NCBI GenBank assembly: GCA_041663285.1
Contig: JBAZSP010000002.1
Location: 1 to 59,152, forward strand
Direction: 5' to 3'
Length of the DNA: 59,152 bases
Source of the DNA: Candidatus Shapirobacteria bacterium
Lineage (GTDB): Bacteria > Patescibacteriota > Microgenomatia > UBA12405
In this document: piece after piece, positions 42,989 to 51,488 of the stretch
Layout: each line of letters begins with the position of its first letter
How positions within the stretch are numbered: position 1 is the stretch's first letter
Position numbers and translations under genes: made by a program
The notes under the pieces: generated by a model
Told to the model about the DNA's origin: nothing
Seen by the model: the letters and a program-made list of their open reading frames with translations, nothing else
The model's database searches: none

Positions 42989-44218
42989 TTACCCATCAAT
43001 TTTTATTAGTCGAAACTTTTCCTTGCTGATAAACTCCTTCGTAGTTTCCCTTATCGTCGCCATTTTCACCCCCCTAATTTCTGCAATTTCTTCTTCTACG
43101 CTGGTCGTCTTGCCCTCCAAAAGCAGCTTCGCCCCTACATATCCGGTCCAAAAATCGCTTCTGTCCATCGACAACTTTATTTTGCCCATAAAGTAATCCT
43201 TAGCCCTGTCGACTTCTTCCTGATTCAAATCAAATCCTAAATTTAGTAGCTCCTTTTCGACCACCTCAATCGACTCGTCCAGTTTGTCTTTCCGCACCCC
43301 CGACTGTACCGCCCAAAAACCTCCTTCCCTAATTTTTTCTCCGGCACTAAAGATATAGTAAGCCCAACCTCTCTCTTCCCTGATTTTTTGGTGTAATCTC
43401 GAAGAAGTGTTACCGGCCAAAATAATATCAAGTAGTCTGAACGCGTATCTTCGCCTATCCCACCACGAAATAGTCGGAAAGCCCAAACAAAAATGCCCCT
43501 GCTCCAGCTTCCTTTTAACTCTTTCCTGTTTTTTGTTGCCAAAGGTTACTTTTAATTTTGGCAAAGCTGGCGATGCCATTTTCCAGCCGGCAAAGTGATC
43601 CTTAACTATCGTTACTGCCCCTGCTGGCAAGTCACCGGCCACCGCTACCACAATTCTTCGGCTATCAATATATTTATCTCGAAATTGTAATAACTTTTCC
43701 CTATCTATAGACTCAATATTTTCCACCTCTCCGCTGACATTGAAGCATCCCCGGCTGTTCCCACCCCATACTTGCTTACAAAAATCTCCCGATAATCCCA
43801 TCATCGGATTATCTTTATACATTCTTATTTCCTCAATTATTACCCCCTTTTCCCTTTCCAGGGCATCTGGCTCAAACACCGGATTTTCCAAAATATCAGC
43901 CACCATCTCCACCGCCCAGCCAAAGTTCTCCTTTATGGTGGTGATGTGATAACTGGTGGTTTCCAGCCCGGTTTCGGCATTATACGAAGCTCCTTTGCTG
44001 TCAATTTCTTTGTTGATGCTCTCGGCTGTTGGTCGTTTGTGCGTTCCTTTAAAAGCCATGTGCTCCAAAAAATGGCTCATCCCAAACTCATCTTTTTCTT
44101 CGAATTTTGCCCCCACCTCCAAAAACACCTCAACTGTTACCGCCTTCATCCCCTTTAGTGGCATTAATACCACTTTGATACCGTTATCGAGTTCTTTTAC
44201 CTGTATTTTCTGGCTCAT
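42989..44218 (-). CDS. M16-family (pitrilysin/insulinase-like) zinc peptidase
   Basis: GMSHFLEHMAFKGT contains the inverted HxxEH zinc motif. 409 aa. Confidence 0.85.
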   Translation of the reverse strand: MSQKIQVKELDNGIKVVLMPLKGMKAVTVEVFLEVGAKFEEKDEFGMSHFLEHMAFKGTHKRPTAESINKEIDSKGASYNAETGLETTSYHITTIKENFGWAVEMVADILENPVFEPDALEREKGVIIEEIRMYKDNPMMGLSGDFCKQVWGGNSRGCFNVSGEVENIESIDREKLLQFRDKYIDSRRIVVAVAGDLPAGAVTIVKDHFAGWKMASPALPKLKVTFGNKKQERVKRKLEQGHFCLGFPTISWWDRRRYAFRLLDIILAGNTSSRLHQKIREERGWAYYIFSAGEKIREGGFWAVQSGVRKDKLDESIEVVEKELLNLGFDLNQEEVDRAKDYFMGKIKLSMDRSDFWTGYVGAKLLLEGKTTSVEEEIAEIRGVKMATIRETTKEFISKEKFRLIKIDG

Positions 44219-44397
44219 TAAATCATTATATCAGCTCTTTAGGTTAATATTTATACCCACAAAGCAATATCACCTTTCTTACCTACCTTTTAACCATTTC
44301 TTACTATATTAACACTCGCGTATATTGCCTGCTAGATACATATTTATATATTTAACCAGATATATTTTGAACTATTTTCTGGATCCTCTCCACAGCT

Positions 44398-45984
44398 CTA
44401 CGCTAATCTACTCTGCTTAGCTCTGCGATACTCCCTGGATTCTCTATCAGGTTTAATATCATACCCCCTGCTCCCAACCTGTTGAGCTCTTGGCGTTTCT
44501 GATGGTCTAGGTGTTACAGAGGGTCGACGAGTCCATGTCGGCCATGGTGTCCGGGTTATAGTCGGAGTTAAAGTACGCGTCGGTGTCAGCGTCCAGAAGT
44601 TAAACGCCGGATCAATACACTCGCTGCTTCCGTCCATAGCCCCATTAATAAATCTGGTTAACGCATCTTCAAAATTTTGATGAGAAGCCAAAGGCAAATA
44701 ACACCCACCGGTTTCTCTTGCTATTCTCTCTAAATTATCTTCTTGGGGGGAATAGTCACTCTGTGGAAAAGTGTATTGGCACCTCCACATCAAACCAATG
44801 GTGTATATTTTTATCCCTTTATCTCTCGCCAACTGTAACGCTTCGTTCAATAACGCTTCTTGTCTGGTTCGCTCTACTTTATCTGCCCCAGAATACGTTC
44901 CATCCTGATTACTAGGATCTACCATATTTCCGTCATGAGGAAGTATGATTATGCTATTATTGGCGCCTTTTTTAACTGCCATATTTAACCCCTCGGCCAG
45001 ACTACTTTTTCCATCGCCCAAATACGGCTGGGCCTGATCATATAATGCCCTTAAGGAACTACCCGCTCCATGATATAGCACGTTGCCCCTTCTCGGAGAT
45101 TCGCCAACTACATAGAGTGCGATTGGTTGACCCCTAAATAACCCCTCATTATCCTTTAATAGGTTAATAAGCCAAAATCCCATTTTATTGTCGTAGTAAC
45201 AACTCGAACTAACCACCCGCCCATCCTTTAAAGTAATTTCTCCACCGGAGTAATGAAGTGACAAAGATCCATCCTGAACCACCGTAATTTTTAACCCAAC
45301 TTGTTCCTGTATAATCGATAAAAATAGCCTATATGCTTCAGGCGTACCGGTTGGCACCACATCCTCAGTTGGCTCCAGTGTTTGTGTTGCCGTCGGAGCT
45401 TCTGTCGGACAAGCAGGGCAATTAGTTGGTGTTTCCTTAGCAGTTGGTTGTACAGCCGGTGTCCTCGTTACGCCCGTTCTTGTTTGTTCAGCTTCTATCG
45501 TTTGATAATAGCGGGTCTTTACCGGGTCAGAAACAGTTGCTGTTCTAGTCGCTGTCGGTATGCAGGTATTTGTTGGAGCCGCTGCTACTTCCTGCTTTGC
45601 TGCCACCGCCATAACCGGCTCTTTTTTATGAGGAAGCGACACTCTTGCTGATAAATTATCTTTGGTTTGGTCAAGATCTCCCCAACTCAAAAATGGATCC
45701 GGCAGATTTATCGCCATTCCATGCCCGGTATTTGCTGTGTCTTCTGCTAAACTTGTCGGAAACTGAACCCCAGACAGCACCCCTACCATCATCATCGTCA
45801 TCACCAACCCCCGGTACTCCCGCGGCATTGCATTTATAACATCCCCCAATGAAGCTTGGCCTAGTTCTAAATTAGGCGCTGCATTTCTCCCACCCATTAC
45901 ATAAGTTAAATCTCTTGATCGAGCTAACGATATTTCAGCTCTTCTTACATCAGAATTACTACCGTATTCAATTTTATTTGCCAT
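44398..45984 (-). CDS. von Willebrand factor A-like domain protein with Thr/Pro-rich linkers
   Basis: One TM segment (MTMMMVGVLSGV), TP-rich tracts, and a C-terminal VWA-like pattern (SIIILPHDGN...KGIKIYTIGL...ETGGCYLPL). Confidence 0.6.
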   Translation of the reverse strand: MANKIEYGSNSDVRRAEISLARSRDLTYVMGGRNAAPNLELGQASLGDVINAMPREYRGLVMTMMMVGVLSGVQFPTSLAEDTANTGHGMAINLPDPFLSWGDLDQTKDNLSARVSLPHKKEPVMAVAAKQEVAAAPTNTCIPTATRTATVSDPVKTRYYQTIEAEQTRTGVTRTPAVQPTAKETPTNCPACPTEAPTATQTLEPTEDVVPTGTPEAYRLFLSIIQEQVGLKITVVQDGSLSLHYSGGEITLKDGRVVSSSCYYDNKMGFWLINLLKDNEGLFRGQPIALYVVGESPRRGNVLYHGAGSSLRALYDQAQPYLGDGKSSLAEGLNMAVKKGANNSIIILPHDGNMVDPSNQDGTYSGADKVERTRQEALLNEALQLARDKGIKIYTIGLMWRCQYTFPQSDYSPQEDNLERIARETGGCYLPLASHQNFEDALTRFINGAMDGSSECIDPAFNFWTLTPTRTLTPTITRTPWPTWTRRPSVTPRPSETPRAQQVGSRGYDIKPDRESREYRRAKQSRLA

Positions 45985-46091
45985 TTTTTATCATTAAATA
46001 TAATGTTTATTATTATTCCTATCTTTTGGTACTAATCTATATGCAAATCTATAATATTTTTTAAACTTTTAACCTAGTTATTTTCTTTGTG

Positions 46092-47348
46092 ACCGACCGT
46101 TTGTGTTGCTCTTTGTTTGTTTTGTTTTTCTCCTTTCTTTGCCGCTTCGCGGCCCCCAGGTCGCCAGGCTTGAAGCCCGGCGACCTGTTTTGTTCGCTCT
46201 GGGGGGCCGCTTCGGCCAAAGTGTAGCTCAGTGCTACCGCTGGGTCGCCGCCATGCGCGCCTTGACTTGCTCGATCTTCTCCTCGCGGGTGAAAGCGGCA
46301 GCGCTCTGGGCCTGGAGCTGATGGGGCCGCCCCTTCTGATAAAACGCTACGTTCACAGCGCGACCTTGGGACCAATCCCACAAAAAGACCTGGTCGCCAT
46401 CCAGCAGCCCGTCCTGGGTGACAAGCACCACGTTGGATACCAACTCAGCCCACCTGACATAGAAGACATAATCCGGGTAGACACTGACCGTGTCGGAGAA
46501 GCTCTCCGTCGGAACGATTTCGAGAATCTCGGGCAAAAAATCGTCCGTCATGTGCGGAGATACGATCTCCAAGTAATTCAGCCTCTCCTTGCCGCTCCAC
46601 ACGGTTTGCCACAAATTCTCTCCGGGCGCCTTCGTAACAAGAGGTTGGACCCAGGTCCCCTCGGGGATGCTCGAGCCAAAATCGGCCGGCTTGTCCCACA
46701 GCGTAAACTCGCTCTCAAAGACCGTGTTGCTGGCAATCCGCAAGCTCTCGACCTCGCCCTGATACTCGAAAATCGCGTTGCTGACCCCGTTGAGCCACAC
46801 ACCACCCTCGTCGCTCGCACCCTCGCCATCGCCTTCGACTATGATATAGGCTTTGGTAACCCAACAGGCCGCACCCTTCAAGGCAACATCGAGCGAGACG
46901 TTCGGGCAGGTGTTCGCCACCATGATGCGCGATCCCTGTCGGCTGATCTCGATACACTCGGCGCCGTAAATCACCGGCGTCGCCGTAGGCTCGGGCGTGG
47001 GCTTCGTCTCCGCCACGATGGGCATGTGGACCTTATAGGTGCCCCCTGCCAACGCCGGCACACAACCCGTAGCCATCAAAATCAGGCCGACCAGCCCTAG
47101 GCCGATCAGTACGCGGATAAGACGCTTCGCTTTCATCGTATTCATCGTAACCTCCATTGTAAGTTGAGAACCACCCGCAGTTTCTCCTCCGAATCTCTCG
47201 CGGCGAGGACAAGATGTCCTCCTTAATCCCCTTCCTTAAGGGATTTTGAAATTTCCGCACGTTCACTTCGAACATCAAGTCCCCTTGATACCCCAAGTGA
47301 ACGTACGGAATAAAAACAAACTTTTAAAGCAAAATTCAAACGGTCGGT
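46092..47348. mobile_element. 1.26-kb GC-rich, skew-free insertion bounded by inverted repeats, carrying one lipoprotein gene and no recognisable transposase/integrase
   Basis: ACCGACCGTTTG (46092-46103) is the exact reverse complement of 47337-47348. The similarity extends imperfectly for ~45 nt (46092-46135 versus 47305-47348). The interior is visibly much more GC-rich than the flanks. Confidence 0.45.
46234..47145 (-). CDS. Lipoprotein of unknown function, foreign codon usage
   Basis: MNTMKAKRLIRVLIGLGLVGLILMATGC is a signal peptide plus lipobox Cys. GGAGG lies 4-5 nt upstream of ATG 47145. G/C-ending codons dominate, unlike every other gene in the window. Confidence 0.7.
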   Translation of the reverse strand: MNTMKAKRLIRVLIGLGLVGLILMATGCVPALAGGTYKVHMPIVAETKPTPEPTATPVIYGAECIEISRQGSRIMVANTCPNVSLDVALKGAACWVTKAYIIVEGDGEGASDEGGVWLNGVSNAIFEYQGEVESLRIASNTVFESEFTLWDKPADFGSSIPEGTWVQPLVTKAPGENLWQTVWSGKERLNYLEIVSPHMTDDFLPEILEIVPTESFSDTVSVYPDYVFYVRWAELVSNVVLVTQDGLLDGDQVFLWDWSQGRAVNVAFYQKGRPHQLQAQSAAAFTREEKIEQVKARMAATQR

Positions 47349-47374
47349 TGTTAAAGTTCTCCTTGCAAAAACTT

Positions 47375-47396
47375 CCAAAGCCGCTTTGGCTTTTTT
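47375..47396. terminator. Hairpin CCAAAG-CCG-CTTTGG followed by C and a T6 run, just outside the right inverted repeat
   Basis: Read directly. An A-rich run on the other side makes it potentially bidirectional. Confidence 0.35.
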
Positions 47397-47730
47397 AGCT
47401 TTTCCAAAGTGACCAGATTATATATTAATTACACACATAAGTCAATATTATAAGTCTTTCTTTGAGCCTGATTCAAAGCTAATTCGTAGCTAATTATTCT
47501 ATTCTGGTTCCAATAATATCCTTTCCTTTTTATCAACCCTGGCTACTCTCCTCTTATACTATATATAAACCATCAACCAGGGCATTTACTCATAAATCAA
47601 TTCTAATTCTTACTTTTCTCCTATATTCCTGTGTTAAGGCTTATTTGACCCGCCTTAACACTCCCGTTCCCTTTCTGCTTGATACCTTTAGCTATACTTT
47701 TCTGTGCTATTTAGGATACCTTTGTGGCCT

Positions 47731-48141
47731 TTACCCCAACCTAAGAATATCCAATATCTCTTCGGCCGACACTAAACTAATCTTCCCTACCCGTTTCAAA
47801 GGCAAAATATGTTTCTTGTCTCCGCTTACCAAATAATCTGCTCTTGCCTCCAAGGCACACTCCACGATTCTATTATCTGCTACTAACTGTTTAATCTTTT
47901 TAAATTCCTTTTTTGGCTCGACTAGCTCAAAATCCTCCAAAAGCAGCCTTTCCACCTTATCCAAAGCTCCTGAACTAAAATCGAACTTCCTTCCCAATAC
48001 CGCTCGAACTTCATAAATAATAAATTTTGAAATGTATCCCCTTAATCCTCCAAGCACCACCTTGTCCATTATTTCTCTTGGCTTTCCGCCAAAAACTATC
48101 GCTGATACAATTATATTTGTATCAAGAACAACTTTTGTCAT
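47731..48141 (-). CDS. PIN-domain toxin (TIGR00305-like)
   Basis: MTKVVLDTNIIVSAIVFGG... start and C-terminal YLVSGDKKHILPL, typical of this PIN subfamily. Confidence 0.75.
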   Translation of the reverse strand: MTKVVLDTNIIVSAIVFGGKPREIMDKVVLGGLRGYISKFIIYEVRAVLGRKFDFSSGALDKVERLLLEDFELVEPKKEFKKIKQLVADNRIVECALEARADYLVSGDKKHILPLKRVGKISLVSAEEILDILRLG

Positions 48142-48144
48142 TAG

Positions 48145-48378
48145 TTAGCTTCGTAAACTGTCTATAGTATCTTCCAAATCATCCTTATTGATTTTAGCCT
48201 TTTTTCCTTTCTTTAAACCATAGGCATAAATACTTTCCCAATCTTGTTTTTTGGCTAAATAACCTCTGACAGCTTCTTGGACTAAGCCGCTGATCGTCCT
48301 GGCTTCAGCTTTCGCCCTTTTCCCCACAGCCTTATATAGAGGGCTGGGAATAGAAATATTTATCGTCTTGCACTCCAT
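48145..48378 (-). CDS. Ribbon-helix-helix (CopG-like) antitoxin
   Basis: KTINISIPSPLYKAVGKRAKAEARTISGLVQEAVRGYL fits a strand-helix-helix pattern. It sits 3 nt upstream of the PIN gene. Confidence 0.65.
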   Translation of the reverse strand: MECKTINISIPSPLYKAVGKRAKAEARTISGLVQEAVRGYLAKKQDWESIYAYGLKKGKKAKINKDDLEDTIDSLRS

Positions 48379-48415
48379 AACCTATTATACAATATTTATA
48401 CAGTTTTTGTATGAC

Positions 48416-51385
48416 TTATCTTACTACCAAATTTATCATTTTCCCCGGCACATAGATTTCTTTTACCACCTGCTTCCCCACCAGCCACTGCTTAATTTTT
48501 TCCAACCCTTTTGCCTCTTCGATTATCTCTTTCCCATTCGTAATTCGTAATTGATTAATTGATAATTGATCTCTAACTTTCCCATTCACGGCCACCGGAA
48601 TCGTTATTTCTTCTTCTACCAGCATAGCCTTCTCTGCCACCGGCCAATCGGCAATATGAACCGATATCGAATCTTTCTCTTCCCTAACCTTACTCCAGAG
48701 TTCCTCCGCCGTATACGGCGCCAGCGGGGCTATTAGCTTGATTAATGTTTTTATATCATCCTTTCGTAATTCGTAATTCGTAATTCGTAATTGATTAATT
48801 GCTTCCATCATCTTGGCAATCGCCGTGTTGTACCCAAACTCTTCAATATCCCTTGTCACCCCATCAATCAATTTATTAATGATTGCCTTGATCTGTATAT
48901 CTTCTTTGCCTCCTTCTTTCGTCATCGCGATCCGCCAGCTGGCGGAGTGGCGATCTCCATCCTTAGATTGCTTCGTCTCTTCGTTCCTCGCAATGACGTC
49001 TAAGATAAATTGATTAAATCTATCCAAGAATCGCTTTACCCCCATCAGTGTTTTTTCGTTCCAAGCCATTGTTCCCGTAAACGGCCCCATAAACATCAAA
49101 TACATTCTGGCCACATCTACTCCGTATTTATCTGCCACTTGATCTGGAACAATTACATTACCTCTCGATTTACTCATCCTTTGGTTATCCGGGCCCAAAA
49201 TTACTCCGTGCGACATCCGCCGGCTGTACGGCTCCGGAGTTGGTACGCAGCCCAAATCATATAAGAATTGGTAAATGAATCTCGAGTACAAAAGATGCAG
49301 TGTGTTATGTTCGTCTCCCCCAATATAGACATCCACCGGCATCCAATACTTCAAAATATCTTCATTAAGAGTGAAAATATTTTGAGAATCTCTAATTTCC
49401 AAATCCGAATCTCTAAACGAATTTGATTTATTTAAATTTTTATCATTTGGATTTTGGACTTGTTTGGAATTTGAAAATTGGAATTTGGAACTTCCGAGGT
49501 TACATAAGTAACCGAGGTAGTACCAATCCGATCCTGCCCAATTAGGCATAGTATCCGTCTCTCTTCGGGCCCCCCCGCCACAAACCGGGCATTTGGCTTT
49601 CACCCAATCTGCCATCATCGACAGTGGTGACTCCCCGGTATCGGTTGGTTCGTAATGCTCGACTTCCGGAAGCACAATAGGCAGCTCCTCCTCCGGCACC
49701 GGGTACCACCCCGGATTTTTCTTTGGCACTTCAATGTCAATATTGTTCTCTTTGGCATATGTTTTAATTCTTTCATTTTGGTCATTTAGATTTTGGTTAT
49801 TGGTTATTGTTTGGTTATTAGAATTTGGAACTTGGTTATTCCCATGATTTTCTGCGCAATTTTTACAGAAAATCATTGGTATTGGTTCTCCCCAATAATG
49901 TTGCCTACTAAATATCCAATCCCGCAAATGATAATTAGCCGTCGGCTCCCCTATTCCTTCTTCTTTTACCCATTTTATGGCAACTTTTATTGCCTCGCTT
50001 GGCACTAACCCATTCCACCTTGGCGAGTTGATTGCTATCACTCCCGTAAGATCAGTGCAAGCTTCATCTTGTTAATTCCAATTACCGGCTTCGCCCGCCG
50101 TAGCTTTAGCGTAGGTGGGCACTATTGGCAATCCAAACTTTTTGGCAAAAGCAAAATCCCGCTCATCATGAGCCGGGACTGCCATAATAGCTCCAGTGCC
50201 GTAAGAGGCCAAGACAAAGTCGGATATCCAAATCGGAATTTCTTTTCCGTTTACCGGGTTAATCGCATATAATCCCGAAAACACCCCCGTCTTTTCCTTA
50301 GCCAACTCCGTCCTTTCCATATCACTTTTCTTTCTGGCATTAGCCACATATTTTTTTATTTCTTCAATTTGGGCATTAATAATTTGAACATTGGAATTTG
50401 TTTGGGATTTGTCAGCCATAAGCTGATCCGCCTTTGGTGGAGAATTTGGGATTTGCTTATTCATGATTTGGTTTACCAAATCATGTTCCGGTGCTATCAC
50501 CATAAATGTCGCCCCGTATAACGTATCCGGCCTGGTAGTAAAAACTTCAATATTAAAATCTGGTGAGTGTCCAATTTTTCGCGCGCAATCATCCGAATCC
50601 GACTTCATGTCCGATAAGAGCGTGCCTGCCCGCCTCTGGCGGGAGCACGATAAAATTGTGGCCGAACCAGATTCCAATTTGAATTTAATTCTGGCTCCCT
50701 CCGACTTCCCTATCCAATTAATCTGCGCCTGCTTGACCTTTTCCACAAAATTAGTCTGTTCTAAACCCTCAAGCAGTCTATCAGCATAGTTTGTTATCTT
50801 TACTACCCATTGTGATATATTCCTTCTTGACACCTCAGCCCCGCACCGTTCGCATTTTCCGTTCACTACTTCTTCGTTAGCCAGTCCTATCTTGCAACTT
50901 GGGCACCAATTAATCGGCATTTCCTGCTTGTAGGCCAAGCCTTTTTTGAATAATTGTATAAAAATCCACTGAGTCCAGCGGTAATAGTCTGGATCAGTCG
51001 TGTTGACCTCTCTTGACCAATCAAACGAAAACGCCAGCCGCTTCATCTGCTCCCTAAACATATCGGTGTTCTGCTTAGTTACCTCCTGCGGTGGCTTTTT
51101 CATCTTTATCGCATAGTTCTCAGTCGGCAGTCCAAAGGCATCCCAACCCATTGGGTAAAGCACGTTAAACCCTCTCATCCGCCAATATCGGGCGTAAACG
51201 TCCCCTCCAGTAAAAGTAAACGCATGGCCAATATGCAATCCGCTGCCGCTTGGATATGGAAACTCTACTAAAATATACTTCTTCGGTTTATTCGAGTAAT
51301 CTTTAGCCGCCGTAGCTTCAGCGTAGGCGGCCCAAAACTTCTGCCAGTTAGATTCAATCTCTTTGAATTTATTTTCTTTTTCCAT
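48416..51385 (-). CDS. leuS: Leucyl-tRNA synthetase, single reading frame interrupted by one TAA (50074-50072) and carrying many repeat-derived insertions
   Basis: The N-part has HIGH (GLHIGHAF), the Zn-binding CPSC...CERCG and the CP1 editing domain (TTRPDTLYGATF). The C-part has LRDWIFSRQHYWGEPIP and KMSKS (RMSKSRGN). Both track ORFs (51385 and 50041) are in the same frame. Confidence 0.9.
48778..48801. repeat. 24-nt block TCGTAATTCGTAATTGATTAATTG inside leuS, also present at 48538-48561
   Basis: Exact duplicate read directly. At 48764-48791 the TCGTAAT unit is repeated four times. Both copies encode INQLRITN. Confidence 0.85.
48965..48998 (-). repeat. REP-like element inside leuS with the same termini as 30847-30887
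   Basis: The reverse complement reads CGTCATTGCGAGGAACGAAGAGACGAAGCAATCT. Next to it is the hairpin TCCGCC-AGCT-GGCGGA (48931-48946). Confidence 0.7.
50094..50119. repeat. REP-like element CCCGCCGTAGCTTTAGCGTAGGTGGG inside leuS, 20 nt from the in-frame stop
   Basis: Related copies lie at 51306-51331 (in leuS) and 52141-52165 (intergenic). It encodes PTYAKATAG. Confidence 0.75.
51306..51331. repeat. REP-like element GCCGCCGTAGCTTCAGCGTAGGCGGC inside the leuS 5' end
   Basis: Encodes AAYAEATAA between the conserved WQKFW and KPKKYIL segments. Confidence 0.75.
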
Positions 51386-51400
51386 AGCTTATTTTAAACT

Positions 51401-51428
51401 AAAAAAACCCGCCTCTTGGGCGGGGTTT
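51401..51428 (-). terminator. Intrinsic terminator 15 nt upstream of the leuS start codon
   Basis: Minus strand: CCCGCC (51424-51419), CAAGA, GGCGGG (51413-51408), then T7 (51407-51401). Confidence 0.6.
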
Positions 51429-51452
51429 CTTTTATCCTTTTACCCCTCCCTC

Positions 51453-51488
51453 TCAGGCAACCAAAAGAAGAAGAGTTAAGGTAAACAT
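51453..51488 (-). CDS. Candidate Leu-rich leader peptide MFTLTLLLLVA
   Basis: Hand-translated: ATG TTT ACC TTA ACT CTT CTT CTT TTG GTT GCC TGA. A TAAAAT -10 (51499-51494) ends 5 nt upstream. Confidence 0.5.
   Translation of the reverse strand: MFTLTLLLLVA

Noticed and set aside
46061-47296. A stack of overlapping ORFs on both strands in the GC-rich island (46231..47100 +, 46445..46699 -, 46578..46829 -, 46715..46957 -, 47033..47296 -, and others).
   Set aside because: High GC suppresses stop codons in all frames. Only 46234..47145 (-) has a signal peptide/lipobox, an upstream GGAGG and a protein-like composition. The 289-aa + strand ORF is Arg/Leu-rich in the way antisense artefacts typically are.
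50072-50074. Alternative genetic code (stop-codon reassignment, as in Gracilibacteria/SR1) as the explanation for the in-frame stop in leuS.
   Set aside because: The known reassignment in those lineages is UGA to Gly. Here the stop is TAA, and TGA, TAA and TAG all terminate well-defined genes in this window (for example TGA at 12140-12142 and 32746-32748, and TAA ending rplK). All other long genes are intact under code 11.
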